A stretch of DNA of 58,066 nt from positions 1-58,066 of the IMG/VR virus record IMGVR_UViG_3300044734_000048, one strand, 5' to 3'. A program made the position numbers and the translations under genes. Positions 19,608 through 27,717 of this stretch are shown in pieces. A model generated the notes under the pieces. The model saw only the letters and a program-made list of their open reading frames with translations. It was not told the origin of the DNA and made no database searches. Each line of letters opens with the position of its first letter. The stretch's first letter is position 1. The stretch comes from a virus. Lineage: Duplodnaviria; Caudoviricetes.

Positions 19608-20573
19608 TTATGCTACCGCCCCATTAAAGAAGTACCCCAAATCTACCCCTAAAATTTTGTGATCGAACGCGTTTTGCCCTTCGACTCTCACCGCGCCGCC
19701 GGTGAGCGGAACAATCTCCTGCTTGACGCCGATGTTGTTATCGCCCATCCCGTAATCAACGCCGCGCCACACGAGCGTGTAGCCGGATGATGGAGTCAGA
19801 AGACCAGGATTGTCAGCCACGTGCAGAAGCAACGCGCTCTTGCCAAAAACGAAGCTATAAGCGGCAGCCTCACCTTCGACGCCCGTGTTCTTAATCGCTT
19901 TCGCAACATAGACGTTCTTGACATCGAACATCGCTGCCAGGAGAGCTTCATTGACCGTTCGGCCAGTAACAGAAGTGGTGTACTTGATGCGGTCAACGAT
20001 GTCCGGGTGATCTAGGAGTTGGTCGTAAACATCGTAGCCAAGCACCAGCGCGTTGGCGGGTTGACCTGTGATGGAAAGAATGGTTCGTTTAGCTGCTCGC
20101 ACGTCGCTGATGGGGTTGGAATTGCCGTAATCATTCCACAAATTCGCGGGCGTCGCATCCGTACCCCAGATGCCTGTTCCGAAGACATCGGAGACGAATT
20201 GAATCTCGCGCCGGAGAAGCATTCGCTGTGTGATGAAACGGGTGGCGTCTCTCTCAAGATCAACCTGCGGATCGGCGGTTGCCCTGATCTGCGGGCCGAT
20301 GTCCTTATGAAGCGCGAAGACATCGCAGCTATAGCCAACCGTACTCAGCCCGTAGCCGGAACCGGCAGATTCCGTAGCGTCTGCGCGCGGCTTTGCCTCA
20401 TCACGAAACCAATCGGCTTTGTTGTAGGTGAAGATTTTTCCCGTTGGCTTATCCACCGGAACAATCGGAAAAACTTTGGTGGCGATGAACTGGTCATCCG
20501 CTTGTTGATACGCCGTGCTGACATTAGTGAGCGCGGTGTCTATATGAACCTGTTGTAGGGTTGGCTGTGCCAT
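19608..20573 (-). CDS. Major capsid protein
   Basis: 'HIDTALTNVSTAY...FIATKVFPIVPV', 'SNPISDV' typical capsid motifs. Confidence 0.9.
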   Translation of the reverse strand: MAQPTLQQVHIDTALTNVSTAYQQADDQFIATKVFPIVPVDKPTGKIFTYNKADWFRDEAKPRADATESAGSGYGLSTVGYSCDVFALHKDIGPQIRATADPQVDLERDATRFITQRMLLRREIQFVSDVFGTGIWGTDATPANLWNDYGNSNPISDVRAAKRTILSITGQPANALVLGYDVYDQLLDHPDIVDRIKYTTSVTGRTVNEALLAAMFDVKNVYVAKAIKNTGVEGEAAAYSFVFGKSALLLHVADNPGLLTPSSGYTLVWRGVDYGMGDNNIGVKQEIVPLTGGAVRVEGQNAFDHKILGVDLGYFFNGAVA

Positions 20574-20594
20574 TTAGAATTCTCCTTGTTCCGC

Positions 20595-20987
20595 TTACGC
20601 CAGAGTGCGCTGGGAAGCGCAGTTGATGGCAGCAGTGATGAGTCCACCCGCAGCCGTGTTATCAATCAATACCTGGCCGTTAATGTATTTCGTAGTGTCG
20701 GCTGCGGTGTATGCGGCTGCCTGGCCGTCATTCGACGTGCCGATGGAATCGCCTGGCGCTAAGTCAGCATCACCCTCAAGTTTGGTAATCCCAACGATGC
20801 AGACATTGAGTCCGGCGGGCGCTCCGGCTCCGGTTGCCGGGTCTTGTGAAACGCCAATAGCCTTGTCAGTGACAGCCGAACATTCGACAATGGTATTAGC
20901 TGCGGAGAGCTTGACGTACCTGTACTGGCGAATCACGCCGCCGGGAACGAAACTCCAATTAAGTGGTTGTGCGCCTTCGACTGCCAT
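20595..20987 (-). CDS. Capsid decoration/cement protein (DUF2190-like)
   Basis: 'YRYVKL...AIGVSQ...GDSIGTSNDGQA'; immediately before the capsid gene. Confidence 0.7.
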   Translation of the reverse strand: MAVEGAQPLNWSFVPGGVIRQYRYVKLSAANTIVECSAVTDKAIGVSQDPATGAGAPAGLNVCIVGITKLEGDADLAPGDSIGTSNDGQAAAYTAADTTKYINGQVLIDNTAAGGLITAAINCASQRTLA

Positions 20988-22753
20988 TATTTTGCTCCTC
21001 TCGCCTCTTCGCGGTACTGCTGGCGAAGTTCTGTCTCAGTTGTGTAAACGTGGTCATAAGCCAGCGCGTAAGTCGGATAGGTCTGCGGGTCAAAGGCTTG
21101 GAGAGCTTTCGCCTTCGCATCTAACTGTGCCTGTGCGCTGCTACTCGCGCCATCACCGCCACTACGCCCAACCTCATCGAAAAGGCCGCTCTTTCTCACC
21201 TGCTCGGCATGAGCGCGCTGCTGTTCGACGTATTTCGTCATGCGGTCGGATGTTTCGCCGTCGTGCTCCGCGATGAACTCCATAAACGACAGATGATCTT
21301 CTGCTCCGCCGATGAAGCGTTTCGCGCCATTGCCGGTGGCATCATTGATGGTGTCAGAAAAGCGCTTAGTGCGGAGTTCCTTCTCGACTGCCGCCGTGCG
21401 CTCAGAAAGTTTGCGGCTTCCCTCTTCACTGGCCTTGCGCGCGGCGCGCTCTGTCTCAAGCTCGGCCTTTAACTCGGCAAAGCTCTGTGGCTCCGTTGCC
21501 TTCTTAGCCAGTGGGTTGCCGTCCGCATCGAACATGCCCGGACGTTTCTTGCCCTGCGCGTCAAAATGCGAATTATCGGTATCGCCCGTAGCAGTGGTGT
21601 CGTCGTCGCCACCACCATCCGGGTCTTTGGTTGTGGCAGCCTGACGCAAATCTTCCTGTTGTTTCGATGGCATCGAATTTGCTCCTTTTGAAATTGGCGC
21701 AAGCGCCGTGAAGATGACAGTCTGTGAATTAGGTAAATCCTTTGGCTCTGTCTCAGTTGCTTCTAGTCCGCGCTCACTTGCGACAAGTGGTCTTAAGGCT
21801 TTTTCTTTGAAGAAAGGTCGGGTCGTGAGTGCTCCGCCAACTGCGACATCGGAATGTTTTTCTTCAGTAGCGGGGTCAGTCCATTCCTCAAACCATTCAG
21901 GCGAGAAATACTTGAAACGATCATTCTCAATTAACGTCGTGCCTCTATCCGTCCACTCCGCTTTCGCATCCACAGAGCCATCCGTGTTGACTCTCATCTC
22001 AGTAATCCAGCCCAATGCTCCCGATAACTTAGTCTCGTGCTCGGCATCTATCGGCAACTTTTCCTGATAAACCTTGTCATCGAAATTCTTGACGAAGTTC
22101 TGGATGCGATCTTCCGTAATGTTGATTTCACCGTATCGCGGTGAGTTGTACTTTCCGGGTTTAGGCAGATAAGGAATCCAGTCGGGCGGCGTGGCAAATT
22201 CCTGCAACTCGTTGAAGAGACGCACGCCGTGACCATTAGCGCAGAGGTCAATGATGTTGATGCCTTCGCTCGCATTGACGGGCGCAAAGGTCTGCTCGAC
22301 TTCTACGGGGTCGTCAAACTCAACCTCGTCATCGGTAATCGTGTACGCAATCTGGTAATACTTCCCATCATCATTCGAGCAGACAATCACGTAAGCCGGA
22401 TAGATTTCTCGCGCCCAATAAAAATAGGATTCGTTTGAGAAAGGTTTCTTGAAGGATTCGCAAAGCGCAGAGTTGACCATCTCAATCATGCGCGTGTAGC
22501 TCATCTCTGCCATCGCAGGCTTGGCGTTCAAGCCCTTCGTCTTCCCACCCGCATGAGAGCGTGCGTAACGAACTGCTGCGCTGAATTGATCTTGCGTGAA
22601 GGTCTCGCCAGCCGTCTCTTTCATCTTTTCGTAGAGCTTGTTGAGAAACAGGTCGCCCGGCCCCTTGCGCTTCTTCTTGAGCGAAGTCGGTACACTGACC
22701 TCTGCGGATGGTGGCTGTTCAGCGATAAGTGATTCTTTCGCAGTCGGCATCAA
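20987..22753 (-). CDS. Mu-like prohead protease/scaffold
   Basis: 'PIDAEHE..ALGWI..AEWTDRG..FKYFSPE..GGALTTRPF'; coiled-coil C-terminal scaffold. Confidence 0.88.
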   Translation of the reverse strand: MMPTAKESLIAEQPPSAEVSVPTSLKKKRKGPGDLFLNKLYEKMKETAGETFTQDQFSAAVRYARSHAGGKTKGLNAKPAMAEMSYTRMIEMVNSALCESFKKPFSNESYFYWAREIYPAYVIVCSNDDGKYYQIAYTITDDEVEFDDPVEVEQTFAPVNASEGINIIDLCANGHGVRLFNELQEFATPPDWIPYLPKPGKYNSPRYGEINITEDRIQNFVKNFDDKVYQEKLPIDAEHETKLSGALGWITEMRVNTDGSVDAKAEWTDRGTTLIENDRFKYFSPEWFEEWTDPATEEKHSDVAVGGALTTRPFFKEKALRPLVASERGLEATETEPKDLPNSQTVIFTALAPISKGANSMPSKQQEDLRQAATTKDPDGGGDDDTTATGDTDNSHFDAQGKKRPGMFDADGNPLAKKATEPQSFAELKAELETERAARKASEEGSRKLSERTAAVEKELRTKRFSDTINDATGNGAKRFIGGAEDHLSFMEFIAEHDGETSDRMTKYVEQQRAHAEQVRKSGLFDEVGRSGGDGASSSAQAQLDAKAKALQAFDPQTYPTYALAYDHVYTTETELRQQYREEARGAK

Positions 22754-22810
22754 TGGCCTCCATGCGAAAGTATGAATGATGAAAATTGTCTATTTACGGT
22801 GAAGTGGAAG

Positions 22811-22828
22811 TGGTATAATCAGGGCATG
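22811..22828 (+). promoter_or_regulatory. Extended -10 promoter for a leaderless transcript
   Basis: TGGTATAAT (22811-22819), 6 nt before ATG 22826; no RBS. Confidence 0.6.
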
Positions 22829-23098
22829 AGTGTACAACGTGATTTTCTCTTCGTAGGCGGAAGCAAAGACGGCGAGTGGATGCCCCTGCCCGACACACGC
22901 TCGGTGTGGCGCGTTCCTATTGTGGAAAAGCAATCTATTGCCGAGCCTGCCCTAACGACAGGCATCCGCTACGAGCAATATTATTTGGAAAGGCTGCGCG
23001 CGACGCACGACTATCTTATTTACAGACACGAAAGCCTGACAATTGACAACGTAATAATGAGACTTCTTAAACACTACAAATCCGAATTAAGCGAATAG
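22826..23098 (+). CDS. Hypothetical protein
   Basis: 'FLFVGGSKDGEW' start motif common in small phage proteins. Confidence 0.6.
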   Translation: MSVQRDFLFVGGSKDGEWMPLPDTRSVWRVPIVEKQSIAEPALTTGIRYEQYYLERLRATHDYLIYRHESLTIDNVIMRLLKHYKSELSE

Positions 23099-23142
23099 CT
23101 CTTTCAAGCTGTTCCGCACACACCAAAAATTGGGGGTTAAAG

Positions 23143-23454
23143 ATGCCATACGTTATTCCAACATCTAACGGTTACTTTGTCATCAATGATGAGAAACGCC
23201 ACACTCTAGCCATCGCTTATACGAAGGAAGAGGAAGGATTCCTTTTTGAGAAGCGTAGACTAATGGTGAGACAAAACAGTGGTGCACTAGTCGGTCTGGA
23301 AATTGTTTGCGAAGAGGAACGAGAAGAAAAGTCAGGCATTAAGGTGCTAACCATCTACTTCGCACATCCCGGCACGTTTCGATTCGTGTCAGGGGAAAGC
23401 ACTGAAGCGGAACGCTATCGAATAGTCAGGGAGAGATTAGAGGCAATAGGATGA
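23143..23454 (+). CDS. Hypothetical protein
   Basis: GGGGG RBS; ORF. Confidence 0.55.
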   Translation: MPYVIPTSNGYFVINDEKRHTLAIAYTKEEEGFLFEKRRLMVRQNSGALVGLEIVCEEEREEKSGIKVLTIYFAHPGTFRFVSGESTEAERYRIVRERLEAIG

Positions 23455-23657
23455 GTAAAACCTCAACATTCTCCGAAGCCATGAACGACCTTATCATCAA
23501 GGCGATTGAGCTTAACTTTCCAGAAGCAAGGCAAAACAACATAGACATTGTGGACGGGCGTGGCGTGTCTATTTTAAGGCGAGAATACCAGGCACGGATA
23601 ATGCAGCAATGTGTTGATGAGACTCTTGGTTTACATTCAGCTGTAGAAGAGCAATGA
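23451..23657 (+). CDS. Hypothetical protein
   Basis: ATGA overlaps on both sides. Confidence 0.55.
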   Translation: MSKTSTFSEAMNDLIIKAIELNFPEARQNNIDIVDGRGVSILRREYQARIMQQCVDETLGLHSAVEEQ

Positions 23658-23917
23658 GCATTCAAATCAAACTTGAAGGCGGCGCGTTTGACGGACTTAC
23701 TTACACGGCTAAAGCAGGCTGCGCCGAACTACTGCTTGAGACATTAAGTCCCTCGCCATACGGCATACCGTTGCCTGACGATAAAGCCACGCTTAGGCAT
23801 GCAATTCGCAAAGGAACACACCCACTGCACGCGGCAACTTCACGCTACCACACAAGACGAACAGGTAAACAAGAATTATTAACGCGGCCATACGATCAAA
23901 CCACAACCGCTATTTAA
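23654..23917 (+). CDS. Hypothetical protein
   Basis: 'LEGGAFDG' motif like 22826; ATGA overlap. Confidence 0.55.
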   Translation: MSIQIKLEGGAFDGLTYTAKAGCAELLLETLSPSPYGIPLPDDKATLRHAIRKGTHPLHAATSRYHTRRTGKQELLTRPYDQTTTAI

Positions 23918-24164
23918 GAATTGGGTCGCGGCTCATCTCAACATTCTTAATCTCAAAGGCCAGCTTCTCAAGTCCCGCAAGCACCAGGTCAGTGGCGGTG
24001 TCAACTGAACCGGCAATCGTGTACCGAATCTTACTTACTTCAGCTTCACCCTTTGCGGTTTTAGGCACTTCCACGCCTACCAGAACAAAGCCCTGCAACT
24101 TTCCAGAGCGAGCGTCCTTCATTAAACTCTCAAGCTGCTTTGTGACGTTTGCGTTTTTCTTCAT
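23910..24164 (-). CDS. Hypothetical late gene whose start is the IS insertion site
   Basis: ORF; its ATGA is the reverse complement of the IS target TCAT. Confidence 0.65.
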   Translation of the reverse strand: MKKNANVTKQLESLMKDARSGKLQGFVLVGVEVPKTAKGEAEVSKIRYTIAGSVDTATDLVLAGLEKLAFEIKNVEMSRDPILK

Positions 24165-24318
24165 CCGAACCTCGCAGGAGACTGCGCGCCTTCAGGCCGC
24201 AGAGGAATGCGTAGCCCCACGCGCAGGCTTTCAACTGCGCGTTCTACCTCAACTAATTTGCCCGCTACGCCAGCAAAAATGAGGCTAAAAATAATTCGTA
24301 GAAAAGTGAAAATAACTA

Positions 24319-24360
24319 TTGACAGATACAACGTGACGTAGTAATATCTTCTCACGTTAG
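24319..24360 (+). promoter_or_regulatory. Sigma70 promoter with overlapping inverted repeat
   Basis: TTGACA-N17-TAATAT; AACGTGA...TCACGTT flanking the -10. Confidence 0.7.
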
Positions 24361-24394
24361 CAATAACGAATTTGACAGAGAAGAGGAAAAAACA

Positions 24395-24610
24395 ATGACA
24401 TTCACAGACATCAACGACCGAACGGGATTTGCGAACGGCGACAAGTTCACGAGCGACGAGCAGGTGAGAGAATATTTTACGCAACAGAACATCCGCGACA
24501 TGATTGGTAGCACCTATGACGATGAGGGCACGATGCCGAGTCAGGATGAACTTGACCAAATGGCCGAGACGGTGATTGAGAATCGTTGGCACTATGCGGA
24601 GAGCAAATAA
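24395..24610 (+). CDS. Small acidic hypothetical protein (IS cargo)
   Basis: AGAGG RBS; TAATG overlap with next gene. Confidence 0.65.
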   Translation: MTFTDINDRTGFANGDKFTSDEQVREYFTQQNIRDMIGSTYDDEGTMPSQDELDQMAETVIENRWHYAESK

Positions 24611-24810
24611 TGACGGGCGCGGAACTGAAAGCGCGACGCGAAAGGTTAGGGCTGAGCCAAACAGCCCTAGCCAATCTTTTAGGAACGACTCAAAACACGA
24701 TTTCTCGTTGGGAGCTTGGCACACTTCAAATCGAGAAATCACAGATGCTGGAATTGGCTTTGGAGGCACTAGAAAAACGTGGGACTCGCAACACAAAGCG
24801 GCGCGCATAG
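24610..24810 (+). CDS. XRE-family HTH regulator (IS cargo)
   Basis: 'MTGAELKARRERLGLSQTALANLLGTTQNTISRWELG'. Confidence 0.9.
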   Translation: MTGAELKARRERLGLSQTALANLLGTTQNTISRWELGTLQIEKSQMLELALEALEKRGTRNTKRRA

Positions 24811-25186
24811 CATTCACGCTCTCGCGTATCACTTGGTTTGGTGTGTCAAGTATCGCCACTCGATTCTGACTCACGAAATCGGAGATAGAGTCAAGGCGAT
24901 TATTGAAGACCTTGCCCTTGAACTCGGTTGCGAGATAATTGCTATCGAGACAGACGTTGACCACGTTCACATCGTTGTCAGGCTCAAGCACACGCACACG
25001 CTCTCGAAAATCGCCCACAGGTTCAAAGGCAGAACCGCTTACATGATTTTCAGAGAGTATCCGCAACTTAGAAATAGACTGTGGGGCGGCCATCTCTGGT
25101 CGCCCTCTTACTACGCTGCGACTGTAGGAGGCGCACCGCTTGAGACGATTAAGAAATATGTTGAAAGTCAACGTGAACATGAATAA
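24779..25186 (+). CDS. tnpA: IS200/IS605 Y1 transposase
   Basis: YHLVWCVKYR, HUH 'DHVH', LWSPSYY, 'IKKYVESQ' catalytic Tyr. Confidence 0.95.
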   Translation: MGLATQSGAHSIHALAYHLVWCVKYRHSILTHEIGDRVKAIIEDLALELGCEIIAIETDVDHVHIVVRLKHTHTLSKIAHRFKGRTAYMIFREYPQLRNRLWGGHLWSPSYYAATVGGAPLETIKKYVESQREHE

Positions 25187-25270
25187 TGTCTAACCCTTAC
25201 CTCGCACGGTTTGTAATAGAAGCCACTTCTTTGAAAGTGGTGGAGCATTCACACTTACCCTACCTTTCAA

Positions 25271-26638
25271 TCACGCTTCATTAGGATTAGACGGCACAGG
25301 CTGTACAAGCGGCTTTGCTTGCGGTGCTGTTGGCTGGCTAACAATTTCGTTCACGGGAAAACTATCATCCACCTGTTGCAAGATATAATTGACCTGCTCA
25401 TCCGTGAACACGATTCCAGCTTGCGCCGCATTAACGATGAAAGTTCCGAATGATGCCAAATCAATCTGGTCAATCTTGCCATGCTCTAGCGTTGGCACTC
25501 GCTCTGTAGAATAACCGTTGAGTTTTAAGAGTCGGGGAATCGCGTGACGATTTACCACGCCACAAATCGAATCCATCCAAGCGCCGATTACGGTAGAAAA
25601 CAGTTCGGTCTTATCGGCTGAGAGCGCGTAAGAGCCTCGCCCGGATGAGCCTGCGCCTAAAATCAGAAAGTCAGAAAGCGTGGTAATCAAAAGATCGTGC
25701 TTGTAGCGGTCAATGACTGTGCTCGTGTCAATCAGCCTTCGGCTGTTCGTGCCGGAGAGTTTAAAGTCATACAGCTTGTTATGATTGTTGTCATAGACAA
25801 GTGGGAACATTAAACACGCTTGCTCATCGTTCCGAACATTTTGACCCACCTTTATCCAAGCTGCTTTTGCTGCTCTGTCATCATCCGTCTTCGGATTGGC
25901 GATATTTGGCGGAACCCACAGTTCGGGTATTCCCGCTAAATCCCGCTCAATGCCTATCGCTTCTATACGAGCGATATTCTTCATGTAGTAATAGGCTTCG
26001 TATCCGCGCCTGAAAATACTCTCGCCCTCTGGATTGCCCTTGTGAACAGTCGTTCTAAACAGTAAAGATTTCTCTATTGGTATCACACGAGTCTTGAAAT
26101 CAGGCGGCGGCAGTTGGACAAGCGCAGAGATTCCCCCTTCATCATCAAACTGCCAGCGCAACAAACTCTCTTGGGAGCGAATCGCCCACTTGCGCCAGCC
26201 GATCTTTCCATCATTGAAATTGCTTTGCGGTAGTTGTTTCTCAACGCCTGAGCTATCCTTATAAGTTCCGGGATTATCGCCACGCCGTTCTTTGTAGCAC
26301 TCCTCGAACCAACTCCAACCCCAGGGCAGCATGGTCAGGATTTCCGCCACGAGGTCAGGCCAGGCCGTTGACATGTCGCTATGGCAGCTATCTATAAAGT
26401 CTGCCGCTTCCTTGTCTTTATTTTCTTCACTTGCTGACTTAACCGTAAATTCTGTTTGTCTAATCAACATCTCGACAGCAAAGAGGATGGCCCCGCAAAT
26501 GGCGTTGGTGAGCATCCGGCGAATAGTGCGGGTCTTAAAGAGTCCTTTCCATTCCGGCGTGTTGTCTTCATAGATATATCCGCCGGACTGGTTAAGTCCG
26601 GTGCGTCCGATTTCTTCGAGAATGATAGGTTCAGCCAT
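25271..26638 (-). CDS. Portal protein (Mu gp29/DUF935-like)
   Basis: 'GWSWFE', 'GNPEGESIFR', 'AIGIERDLAGIP', 'GSYALS'. Confidence 0.9.
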   Translation of the reverse strand: MAEPIILEEIGRTGLNQSGGYIYEDNTPEWKGLFKTRTIRRMLTNAICGAILFAVEMLIRQTEFTVKSASEENKDKEAADFIDSCHSDMSTAWPDLVAEILTMLPWGWSWFEECYKERRGDNPGTYKDSSGVEKQLPQSNFNDGKIGWRKWAIRSQESLLRWQFDDEGGISALVQLPPPDFKTRVIPIEKSLLFRTTVHKGNPEGESIFRRGYEAYYYMKNIARIEAIGIERDLAGIPELWVPPNIANPKTDDDRAAKAAWIKVGQNVRNDEQACLMFPLVYDNNHNKLYDFKLSGTNSRRLIDTSTVIDRYKHDLLITTLSDFLILGAGSSGRGSYALSADKTELFSTVIGAWMDSICGVVNRHAIPRLLKLNGYSTERVPTLEHGKIDQIDLASFGTFIVNAAQAGIVFTDEQVNYILQQVDDSFPVNEIVSQPTAPQAKPLVQPVPSNPNEA

Positions 26639-26689
26639 TTTGTTAGATTATGCTTTCAGAGGTTTGCTATTTACGGATTCAATACACGT

Positions 26690-26947
26690 TTAACTGTCAG
26701 TGCTATCCAAATCTGGTAATTTAGACCACTCCGCACCGCCACCATTGATCGCTTTCAGAGCATCTTCAAGCGTGGTTGTGATGAAAATATCTTCGTCATA
26801 ATGCTGTACGGGAATGGATAGTTTCGGTGCGCGATGCTCGCTGCACATCTTACCTATCATGGAACGCGCCTGCTTTAGCCGCTCAGTTAAAGGTGTCTCC
26901 CTGATTCGCGCCTGTAATTTCCTATAACCCTCAAGTCCATCGTTCAT
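26690..26947 (-). CDS. Hypothetical protein
   Basis: ATGA overlap with the upstream gene. Confidence 0.55.
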   Translation of the reverse strand: MNDGLEGYRKLQARIRETPLTERLKQARSMIGKMCSEHRAPKLSIPVQHYDEDIFITTTLEDALKAINGGGAEWSKLPDLDSTDS

Positions 26948-27717
26948 ACTAAGTAATACTCTCTCTCTTTATTATGCCGATTCCCTTCTCGAACCATTGG
27001 CGCGCGTTCACAAATAACCTTCTCAGCAATCAAGTAATCAATCGCATGGTGAATTCTTGAGACCGAGAGCATATTGTCGGTGTATTCCTGAATCTCATAC
27101 ACCTTGCTGCAACCGTTTTTAATTGCTGTTACAACACGCTCACGGTCAGTTGCAGGCGTGGAGTTAGCATCCCTCGCAATAATCGAAATAATAGGCGATT
27201 GATGGTGTGCGAATTCGGGAAACACCTCGCACCACTGTTGGAGCTTTTCAACGGCTTCGTCTGCGCGGTGCTGGCGCTTACTGTTGATGGAGACAACCGA
27301 TGTGCCCTTACTTTTTTGAACGGAAATCCACAATTTCAAGTCGCGGGATGCGAGGTTGTCTTTAACCGCGCGGCGAATGGCCTCATGCGGCTCAGGCGCG
27401 CAAGCAGCAATGGCATAGTGTTCAAACGAGAGATTGTCAAAGCGCTTTGACTTTCCAAAAATACGGTAAGTTGAGGCAAGGCGGTAGATGCGCCACCGCG
27501 CGCAACTGACCTGCGCCGCAAAGTCTGCCACGTCGCCCGCGCCATACTGCGCCTCGTCACAGATAGATGCGGCAATGGATGCCAACCGCCACAGATCGCC
27601 CTCAATGCCGGATTCAACTTCACGCCACGCCTCAACGTGGTCATCAATAGATTGGCCTCTGAATACTGGCAATCGCTCTTCCATGATTGTTATTGGATTC
27701 ACGCTCATAGATTCCAC
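26944..27717 (-). CDS. Putative DNA-binding protein inserted between terminase and portal
   Basis: HTH-like middle, 'NLSFEHYAIAA', winged-helix-like C-terminus. Confidence 0.5.
   Translation of the reverse strand: MESMSVNPITIMEERLPVFRGQSIDDHVEAWREVESGIEGDLWRLASIAASICDEAQYGAGDVADFAAQVSCARWRIYRLASTYRIFGKSKRFDNLSFEHYAIAACAPEPHEAIRRAVKDNLASRDLKLWISVQKSKGTSVVSINSKRQHRADEAVEKLQQWCEVFPEFAHHQSPIISIIARDANSTPATDRERVVTAIKNGCSKVYEIQEYTDNMLSVSRIHHAIDYLIAEKVICERAPMVREGNRHNKEREYYLV

Larger units (their letters stand above)
24165..25252 (+). mobile_element. IS200/IS605-family element (tnpA, no tnpB) with two passenger genes
   Basis: Left end: target TCAT, guide GAGA 24178-81, hairpin 24182-24202; right end: guide GAAG 25219-22, hairpin 25223-40, terminal TCAC 25249-52. 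Confidence 0.8.

Noticed and set aside
16274-22438. Numerous plus-strand ORFs over head and tail genes
   Set aside because: Shadow ORFs opposite well-supported structural genes
24161-25180. 339-aa minus-strand ORF as a folded functional protein
   Set aside because: It is the antisense of three recognisable genes and has no motif; kept only as a possible translation relay
25187-25252. TnpB or omega-RNA system
   Set aside because: Only ~65 nt separate tnpA from the right end, and there is no RuvC ORF
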